DNA of 13,911 nt from Candidatus Scalinduaceae bacterium. GTDB lineage: Bacteria; Planctomycetota; Brocadiia; Brocadiales; Scalinduaceae. Position numbers and translations under genes: made by a program. The stretch is taken from assembly GCA_046759445.1 (NCBI GenBank), contig JBHICG010000079.1, forward strand, positions 1-13,911, written 5' to 3'. Positions within the stretch are counted from its first letter, which is position 1. Each line of letters opens with the position of its first letter. This document shows positions 1-6,712 of the stretch, one piece after another. The notes beneath the pieces were generated by a model. It saw nothing but the letters and a program-made list of their open reading frames with translations, was not told where the DNA came from and made no database searches.

Positions 1-61
1 ATTCAAATAAAATCCCACCGTTTTTCCACTAAGAAGGTTTAAAATAATTATTTATTAGTAG

Positions 62-89
62 TTTAACAGTAACAACAATGATGTATGAT
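62..89 (+). promoter_or_regulatory. Possible sigma70-type promoter upstream of nusG
   Basis: TATGAT at 84-89 (5/6 match to TATAAT). TTAACA at 63-68 (5/6 match to TTGACA, 15-nt spacer) or TTTAAC at 62-67 (16-nt spacer). AT-rich upstream DNA. Such matches arise easily by chance in AT-rich sequence. Confidence 0.3.
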
Positions 90-129
90 ATTTTTTAGGA
101 TATTTAAATAAAGATTTTTGTTTTGAATT

Positions 130-678
130 ATGGGGAAAAGATGGTTTGTACTTCGTGTACAAAGTAATAAAGAGGATAAGGTCAAAAAAGATTTGGAGAG
201 ACGCATAAAAACCCAGGGGATTGAAGATCTTATTCCAAAGATTTTGGTGCCTTGTGAAAAGGTATCTGAGGTCAAGGGTGGCAAGAAAAAAGTCGCTGAG
301 AGGAAGATATATCCAGGTTATGTTATGGCAGAAATTGAAGTTGATGACAAAGGGCTGATTCCAGATAAGGTGTGGTATATGATTAGGGAAGCTCCAGGAG
401 CGGGTGACTTCGTTGGTGGTGACCGTAAACCAGTAGCAATGGCAGACCGTGAAGTTGAAAAGATATTAAAAGAGGTAGAACGTGGAGAAGAAAAGCCTAA
501 AACGAAGATAGAATTTCATAAAGGAGATAGAGTAAAAGTCAAAGAAGGGCCCTTTGAAAACTTTGATGGAATTGTGGAAGAGGTTTTACCTGCCAGTGGA
601 TGTGTAAAATTGATGCTCACAATTTTTGGCAGATCCACATCTGTAGAATTAGAATATTGGCAAATTGAGGCGATTTAA
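130..678 (+). CDS. nusG: Transcription termination/antitermination factor NusG (182 aa)
   Basis: NGN domain (WFVLRVQSNKE..., KIYPGYV), C-terminal KOW motif (GDRVKVKEGPFENFDG...IFGRSTSVEL), canonical position upstream of rplK. Confidence 0.99.
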   Translation: MGKRWFVLRVQSNKEDKVKKDLERRIKTQGIEDLIPKILVPCEKVSEVKGGKKKVAERKIYPGYVMAEIEVDDKGLIPDKVWYMIREAPGAGDFVGGDRKPVAMADREVEKILKEVERGEEKPKTKIEFHKGDRVKVKEGPFENFDGIVEEVLPASGCVKLMLTIFGRSTSVELEYWQIEAI

Positions 679-711
679 ATGTAGATTTAGTTATAGGTGT
701 AAAAGAACCTG

Positions 712-1137
712 ATGGCAAAAGAAATAGTAACTAAAATAAAATTGCAGATTCCGGGGGGGCAGGCTAACCCAGCACCTCCTGTAGGTCCGGCACTAGGTCA
801 GCACGGCGTAAATATAGGCAAATTTGTTACTCAGTTTAACGAGAAGAGTAAAGATTCGCAGGGAGTAATAACGCCAGTAGAAATCACAGTATATAAAGAC
901 AAGTCATTTTCTTTCATTATGAAATCTCCCCCAGCTTCTGTGTTGCTTAAAAGAGCTGCAGGGGTAGCAAAAGGTTCTTCAATGCCAAATAGAGAAAAAA
1001 TAGGAAAGGTAACAAAATCACAGATTGAAGAAATAGCAAAAACAAAGTTATCTGATCTTAATGCTAAGAGTATTGACATGGCGGTAAAAATTATCGAGGG
1101 TACAGCACAAACTATGGGCATAGATGTGGAAGACTAA
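712..1137 (+). CDS. rplK: 50S ribosomal protein L11 (uL11, 141 aa)
   Basis: [25 protein letters not shown] and [11 protein letters not shown] motifs; synteny. Confidence 0.99.
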   Translation: MAKEIVTKIKLQIPGGQANPAPPVGPALGQHGVNIGKFVTQFNEKSKDSQGVITPVEITVYKDKSFSFIMKSPPASVLLKRAAGVAKGSSMPNREKIGKVTKSQIEEIAKTKLSDLNAKSIDMAVKIIEGTAQTMGIDVED

Positions 1138-1166
1138 AATGTCATGATTTATAAGGAACTTTATTA

Positions 1167-1850
1167 ATGAAGTTTAGAAGTAAACGCTACACTGAATCCA
1201 AGAAAAAACTCTTAAAGTCAAAAGAATACGAATTAAAAGAGGCTATTTCGGTCTTAAAAACATTTGACAAAACTAAATTTGACGAAACTGTCGAAATAGT
1301 TATGAAATTAGGCGTTGATCCTAAACGTTCTGACCAACTAGTTCGGGGTTCATTCTCATTGCCAAAGGGGATAGGAAAAGAGCTCAGGGTAGTAGTTTTT
1401 GCTAGTGGTGAAAAGGCAAAATTGGCAAAGAAAGCTGGTGCTATAGAAGTTAATGGTGACGATTTGATAAAAAAAATTGAGGATGGTTGGCTGGACTTTG
1501 ACGTGGCAATCTCAACTCCAGACATGATGCGTAAGGTGAGTAAATTGGGTAGAATTTTGGGTCCACAAGGTAAAATGCCATCTCCGAAATCGGGTACAGT
1601 AACGGATGATATTTCTAATGTGGTTAAGGAATTTAGGGAAGGAAAGATTGAGTATAGAACAGACGCAGGTGGCAATGTTCATACGGCAGTAGGGAAAATG
1701 TCTTTTCCTGATGAAGACTTGGCTGAGAATATTAAATCATTTATAAAGCATATTATGAACAACAGACCACCCTCGGCAAAAGGAACCTTTATTCAAAGGA
1801 TATCTATTTCATCTACTATGAGTCCTGGTATTAGAATCGTAACATCATAG
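1167..1850 (+). CDS. rplA: 50S ribosomal protein L1 (uL1, 227 aa)
   Basis: KFDETVE, LGRILGPQGKMPSPKSGTVT and SSTMSPG motifs; AAGGA SD at 1153-1157; synteny. Confidence 0.99.
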   Translation: MKFRSKRYTESKKKLLKSKEYELKEAISVLKTFDKTKFDETVEIVMKLGVDPKRSDQLVRGSFSLPKGIGKELRVVVFASGEKAKLAKKAGAIEVNGDDLIKKIEDGWLDFDVAISTPDMMRKVSKLGRILGPQGKMPSPKSGTVTDDISNVVKEFREGKIEYRTDAGGNVHTAVGKMSFPDEDLAENIKSFIKHIMNNRPPSAKGTFIQRISISSTMSPGIRIVTS

Positions 1851-1884
1851 TAACTTTAAATAATTTATCAACGGATTTCACTAT

Positions 1885-2421
1885 ATGTCTAAAGAGTTGA
1901 AAAAGTTAGTAGTTAATGAACTTATATCTGCCTATAGAAGTGCCAATAACTTTATTGTGGTGAGTTTTAAGGGACTAAATACGCAACAAGCAAACATATT
2001 GAGAAGAGATTTAAGTGAAAAAGATATCAGATTGAAAGTAGTGAAAAATTCTCTTGCAGCTATAGCATTTAAGGAAATAGGTATTCCAGCGCTAGGACAG
2101 ATGCTAGAAGGACCGTCAGCTATTACGACAAGCGACAATGACCCTGTAATTTTAGCTAAAGTGTTAGCGAAATGGTCTAGAGAAATATCTGGCCTCAAGA
2201 TTATGGGTGGTTTAATGGATGGAGAGATGTTGCCACTTGAGGATATAAAGGCCTTATCAGCAATTCCATCTAAACAAGTTGTTTTAACACAAATACTATT
2301 CGGGATAAGTACACCTTTGATCCAATTAGCGAATTTATTTAACGCTGTAACAAATAATCTTTATTTTGTTTTATTAGCAATTAAAGAAAAAAAGAGTGAT
2401 GGTGATAAAAAAAACGTTTGA
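1885..2421 (+). CDS. rplJ: 50S ribosomal protein L10 (uL10, 178 aa)
   Basis: FKGLN...LRRDL...VVKNSL...LEGPSA motifs, C-terminal 'IPSK' helix, position between rplA and rplL. Confidence 0.97.
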   Translation: MSKELKKLVVNELISAYRSANNFIVVSFKGLNTQQANILRRDLSEKDIRLKVVKNSLAAIAFKEIGIPALGQMLEGPSAITTSDNDPVILAKVLAKWSREISGLKIMGGLMDGEMLPLEDIKALSAIPSKQVVLTQILFGISTPLIQLANLFNAVTNNLYFVLLAIKEKKSDGDKKNV

Positions 2422-2429
2422 AAATGCAT

Positions 2430-2437
2430 AAGGAGGA
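2430..2437 (+). promoter_or_regulatory. Strong Shine-Dalgarno site of rplL
   Basis: AAGGAGGA at 2430-2437, just upstream of ATG 2442. It is the best SD match in the window, consistent with the multi-copy demand for L12. Confidence 0.85.
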
Positions 2438-2441
2438 AACT

Positions 2442-2873
2442 ATGGCAATAGATCTAGAATCAGAGAAGATTGAAATTGAACCTACTGGGAAGATTGCACA
2501 GGTACTAGAATTGGTTGAAGGGATGAGTTTGCTTGAGGCATCGCAGTTGGTAAAGGCATTTGAGCAAAAATTTGGTGTTTCTGCTTCTGCTGCGGTAGCA
2601 GTTCCTGCGGGGGGTGCAGCCCCTGCGGCTACTGAAGGAGCAAGTGCTACCAAAGAGGAGAAAACTACTTTTGATATTATCTTGAAAGAGATTGGTCCAA
2701 ACAAGATTCAAGTAATCAAAGCAGTTCGTGCAGAGACTTCTCTTGGGCTGAAGGAAGCAAAGGCGTTGGTAGATGGTGCACCAAAACCTGTAAAAGAAGG
2801 TGTTGCAAAGGATGAAGCAGAGAAGGCTAAAAAAGCTTTAGAAGATGCAGGTGCAGTGGTTGAACTTAAATAG
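2442..2873 (+). CDS. rplL: 50S ribosomal protein L7/L12 (bL12, 143 aa; start moved from the TTG at 2418 to the ATG at 2442)
   Basis: Ala-rich hinge, [33 protein letters not shown] and [11 protein letters not shown] motifs. The AAGGAGG SD supports ATG 2442. Confidence 0.98.
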   Translation: MAIDLESEKIEIEPTGKIAQVLELVEGMSLLEASQLVKAFEQKFGVSASAAVAVPAGGAAPAATEGASATKEEKTTFDIILKEIGPNKIQVIKAVRAETSLGLKEAKALVDGAPKPVKEGVAKDEAEKAKKALEDAGAVVELK

Positions 2874-2940
2874 AACCTAATTTTAAAATCCCTATTTTAA
2901 GACGCAGGAAGACTCATTAAATGTGTCTAGGGGGGAAAAG

Positions 2941-5900
2941 ATGGAAGTAAGAAACTACAGTAAAGTTGCTGAAATAGTTGAACAGCCAGACCTTGTTCAG
3001 ATACAAACCAGATCTTATGCTGCCTTTTTACAGGAAGATGTGTTACCAAATAAACGTAAGAATCAAGGGCTAGAAGCTATTTTGCGGGAAACGTTTCCAA
3101 TAAAAAACTATGACGAGACTGTTTCTTTACAATATATAAAATATGAATTAGGAAAACCTCGGTACACCCCGGATGAATGCAGACAATTGAAGTTAATTTA
3201 CGGCAAACCCTTCAGGGTTTGGTTGAGGCTAAATAAGGGAGAATCTGTTGAGGAAGAGGTTTATTTGGGAGAAATTCCTGTAATGATTGGGGGGGGTGAG
3301 TTTATAATTAACGGAACAGAAAGAGTGATTGTAAACCAACTCCATAGATCGCCTGGTGTGGATTTTGTTGAAGAGCTTCATGCAGAGAAGAGAATGCATT
3401 CATGCAGGATTATTCCAGAAAGAGGTAGTTGGATTGAGACAGAAGTTGGGAAAAAAGATATTTTAACTATTAAAATTGATCAAAGTGGTAAGTTCCCTGC
3501 AACATGTTTCCTGAGGGCAATGTCAGAGAAGTACTCAAGAGATGAAGACATTATTCGGCTTTTTTATGAAACTGAAACGGTTGATACAAGCGATTATGCT
3601 TCTGCCCATAATCTAAAAGATAAATATATTGTCGGTCGATTGGTTAACCCTCAAACTGGTGAAGTTATTCTAGAAGCGGGGCGGCAAATAAATGAGAATT
3701 TAGTTAAGATTATCTCTGATTCAAACCTCAAAAAGATTGAGATTATTAAAAAGATGGATGACCCCCTAATACTTAATTCTCTGGAATCTGATTATACTGA
3801 ATCACATGAAGATGCTTTATTACGAGTTTATGCAAGGTTTAGACCGGGCAACCCTCAACAATTGGAAAAAGCAAAGCAATTGATTCATGACAAATTTTTT
3901 GATCCAAAAAGATACAAGCTAGGTCTGGTAGGGAGATTCAGATTGAACAGGAAATTAGGGCAAAATATTCCTGATAAAGAAATGACGTTACAGCCAGAAG
4001 ATTACATAAATTCTATTAAATATATTATGAGACTCAGAAAGGATGAAGGAAGTGTTGACGATATAGACCACCTTGGTAATAGACGACTCCGAACTGTTGA
4101 TGAGCTATTTGGAGAGGAATTGCGCAAAGGATTTCTTAAACTTAGAAGGACAGTGCAGGAAAGGATGAGTGTTAAAGATTATGAGCAATTAACCCCGAGA
4201 ATACTTATAAACTCTAGAACAATTTTTTCAGCTATAGAATATTTTTTCAGTCGAGGGGAACTTTCTCAAGTATTAGACCAAACAAACCCATTAGCACAAC
4301 TTACACATGAGCGGAGGTTAAGTGCTTTAGGGCCTGGTGGCCTTAATAGAAAGAGGGCAGGTTTTGAAGTTAGAGATGTTCACGTTTCACATTATGGACG
4401 AATATGTCCTATTGAGACCCCTGAAGGAACGAATATTGGACTAATTGCATCATTGAGCGCATACGCCGCAGTCGACGATTATGGTTTCTTAATAACTCCT
4501 TATTTAAAAATCAAAAAGGGAAAGTTAACAAACGAAATTGTTTACCTTCGTGCTGATGAAGAAGAAGGTAAAGTTCTTGCTCCGGCTGATGCACAATCCA
4601 ACTTTGAGAGTAGAGGTTTGGACAAGGAAATACTTGCACGTTTTAACGGTGATTTTCGGCTTGTAGATGTAAAGGATGTTGATTACATAGATGTGTCCCC
4701 CAAACAATTAGTAGGTGTATCCGCGAGTTTGATCCCGTTTCTAGAGCATAGTGATGCTAATAGGGCGCTAATGGGTTCAAATATGCAGAGACAAGCTGTT
4801 CCATTACTCAAAACTGAGCCACCTCTTGTAGCTACAGGTATGGAGAAAATAGTCGCAAAGAATTCTAGTATGGTAGTCTGTGCTAAAAATAGTGGTATCG
4901 TTACCAAAGTAACATCCGAACAAATTGTTATCGATGATAATGACGTGTATGACTTAAGGAAGTTTATTGGATTAAATGAAGGTACCTGTTTAAACCAAAA
5001 ACCTATAGTATCTGAAGGCCAAAAAGTAAAAAAGAATGAGGTTATTGCTGACGGTGCTGCTACTTGTAGTGGCGAATTGAGTTTGGGTGCAAACGTGTTG
5101 GTAGCCTTTATGACTTGGGATGGCTATAACTTTGAAGATGCTATTGTAGTTAGTGAAAGTTTATTAGAAGACGACCGTTATACGTCAATTCATAGGGATG
5201 AATTTGAAGTAGAAGTCAGAGAGACAACACTTGGGAGGGAAGAGTTTACCAGAGATATACCAAACGTTTCAGAAAAAGCCCTTAGTAACTTAGATGAAAA
5301 TGGGATAATCCGGATTGGGACGAAAGTTAAACCATCAGATATTCTTGTGGGAAAAATTGCTCCAAAAAGCAGGAGTGAACTATCTCCTGAGGAAAAATTA
5401 TTGCATGCTATCTTTGGTAGAGCTGGAGAGGATGTGAAAAATGTATCTTTGGAAGTACCATCTGGTGTAGAGGGAATTGTCATTAATACTCAATTATTTT
5501 CTCGGAGAGCACATCTGTCTGATGAAAAAAGACAGAAAATCATGAATGAAGCTAAGGGGATTGAAGACAAGTATGATAAAGCGATATCAAAGGTTTTTGT
5601 GAAAATGATCAAAGAGCTTGAGCAAGTTTTTGAAGGTATGCTTTTAGATTTGAAGACTGGCCAACCTTTGAAGGTTACTTATGTGATGGACACTAAGCGT
5701 ATCCTTGCTTTACAAGAACTGTTTGATATTAATAACTTTGATTCTGGCAGGAACAAACGAAAAAGTGAAAGAGCTGCAAGAATTTGCAAGGAATATAACG
5801 AGAAGATTGAGTCATTAAAAGATGAAAAAATTTCAAAAGTAAGTCAATTAAAAAGGGGTGATGAATTACCAAGTGGTGTGTTAGAAGTGGCAAAGGTCTC

Positions 5901-6615
5901 TATTGCAACTAAAAGGAGGTTATCTGTTGGGGATAAGATGGCTGGAAGGCACGGCAATAAAGGAGTTATTGCTAAGATATTACCACAAGAAGACATGCCA
6001 TATTTGGAAGACGGAACACCTGTTGAGATGCTTTTAAATCCTTTGGGTGTTCCTTCCAGAATGAATGTTGGCCAAATATTGGAAACACACTTAGGTTGGG
6101 CTGCAGCAAAATTAGGTTTTCAAGCTATAACACCGATTTTTGATGGAGCAAAGGAATGGGAAATAAGAGATACCTTGAAAGAGGCAGGGCTTCCAGAAGA
6201 TGGGAAAACTACTTTATATGACGGACGTACCGGTGAGCCTTTCGAGCAAAAGGTAACAGTTGGATATATGTACATGATGAAACTGCATCATTTAGTTGAT
6301 GAAAAGGTTCATGCTAGAGCTACAGGGCCTTATTCCCTAATAACACAACAGCCTCTCGGGGGGAAGGCTAGATTCGGCGGGCAAAGGTTTGGAGAAATGG
6401 AAGTCTGGGCACTAGAAGCTTATGGTGCCGCCTATAGTTTGCAAGAGTTACTTACCGTGAAAAGTGATGATGTGGAAGGACGTACCAGAATTTATGAATC
6501 AATGGTAAGAGGCAAAAATACGCTAGAAGCAGGAACTCCTGCATCATTCGAAGTGCTTGCCAAGGAAATTGAAGGGCTTGGCCTTTCTTTGAAGCTTGAG
6601 AAAGAAACGATTTAA
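2941..6615 (+). CDS. rpoB: DNA-directed RNA polymerase subunit beta (1224 aa from ATG 2941; the ORF track starts at GTG 2923)
   Basis: [58 protein letters not shown] and [18 protein letters not shown] motifs. The G-rich SD-like AGGGGGG at 2929-2935 favours ATG 2941. Confidence 0.99.
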   Translation: MEVRNYSKVAEIVEQPDLVQIQTRSYAAFLQEDVLPNKRKNQGLEAILRETFPIKNYDETVSLQYIKYELGKPRYTPDECRQLKLIYGKPFRVWLRLNKGESVEEEVYLGEIPVMIGGGEFIINGTERVIVNQLHRSPGVDFVEELHAEKRMHSCRIIPERGSWIETEVGKKDILTIKIDQSGKFPATCFLRAMSEKYSRDEDIIRLFYETETVDTSDYASAHNLKDKYIVGRLVNPQTGEVILEAGRQINENLVKIISDSNLKKIEIIKKMDDPLILNSLESDYTESHEDALLRVYARFRPGNPQQLEKAKQLIHDKFFDPKRYKLGLVGRFRLNRKLGQNIPDKEMTLQPEDYINSIKYIMRLRKDEGSVDDIDHLGNRRLRTVDELFGEELRKGFLKLRRTVQERMSVKDYEQLTPRILINSRTIFSAIEYFFSRGELSQVLDQTNPLAQLTHERRLSALGPGGLNRKRAGFEVRDVHVSHYGRICPIETPEGTNIGLIASLSAYAAVDDYGFLITPYLKIKKGKLTNEIVYLRADEEEGKVLAPADAQSNFESRGLDKEILARFNGDFRLVDVKDVDYIDVSPKQLVGVSASLIPFLEHSDANRALMGSNMQRQAVPLLKTEPPLVATGMEKIVAKNSSMVVCAKNSGIVTKVTSEQIVIDDNDVYDLRKFIGLNEGTCLNQKPIVSEGQKVKKNEVIADGAATCSGELSLGANVLVAFMTWDGYNFEDAIVVSESLLEDDRYTSIHRDEFEVEVRETTLGREEFTRDIPNVSEKALSNLDENGIIRIGTKVKPSDILVGKIAPKSRSELSPEEKLLHAIFGRAGEDVKNVSLEVPSGVEGIVINTQLFSRRAHLSDEKRQKIMNEAKGIEDKYDKAISKVFVKMIKELEQVFEGMLLDLKTGQPLKVTYVMDTKRILALQELFDINNFDSGRNKRKSERAARICKEYNEKIESLKDEKISKVSQLKRGDELPSGVLEVAKVSIATKRRLSVGDKMAGRHGNKGVIAKILPQEDMPYLEDGTPVEMLLNPLGVPSRMNVGQILETHLGWAAAKLGFQAITPIFDGAKEWEIRDTLKEAGLPEDGKTTLYDGRTGEPFEQKVTVGYMYMMKLHHLVDEKVHARATGPYSLITQQPLGGKARFGGQRFGEMEVWALEAYGAAYSLQELLTVKSDDVEGRTRIYESMVRGKNTLEAGTPASFEVLAKEIEGLGLSLKLEKETI

Positions 6616-6653
6616 ATCACGTTTTAGTTGTCGAGAGGTTTTTTCTAATAAAT

Positions 6654-6689
6654 GGATTAAACTTTTAATACATAATCCCTTGTTTTTTT
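6654..6689 (+). terminator. Weak terminator/attenuator-like hairpin plus U-tract between rpoB and rpoC
   Basis: GGATTA (6654-6659) pairs with TAATCC (6673-6678) around a 13-nt loop, followed by CTTG and T7 (6683-6689). The stem is short and the loop large. Confidence 0.25.
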
Positions 6690-6712
6690 AACATTAAAGG
6701 AAAGTTGAAATA

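Noticed and set aside
1..30. 3' end of a tRNA (TTCAAAT...CCCACC) upstream of nusG
   Set aside because: It resembles a T-loop only superficially; no T-stem or acceptor-stem geometry can be built from the visible bases.
675..711. Small hairpins in the nusG-rplK spacer (TAAAT/ATTTA; AGGT/ACCT over the SD) as an L1 autoregulatory site
   Set aside because: The stems are only 4-6 bp, mostly A-U, and I cannot match the L1-binding internal-loop consensus.
2418..2441. TTG start for rplL overlapping the rplJ stop
   Set aside because: This stretch contains the strong AAGGAGG SD positioned for ATG 2442.
2923..2940. GTG start for rpoB
   Set aside because: The G-run SD lies inside this extension and is spaced for ATG 2941. 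GTG is not fully excluded.
3289..3296. G8 run in rpoB (also G7 at 753-759 and A8 runs at 1469, 2407, 7891 and 10886) as phase-variation or frameshift sites
   Set aside because: All are in frame and encode Gly-Gly or Lys-Lys in essential genes. The ORFs are uninterrupted and no alternative-frame product is evident.
6628..6676. Internal promoter before rpoC (TTGTCG at 6628; TAATAA at 6646 or CATAAT at 6671)
   Set aside because: The spacings between the -35-like and -10-like hexamers are incompatible with a sigma70 promoter.
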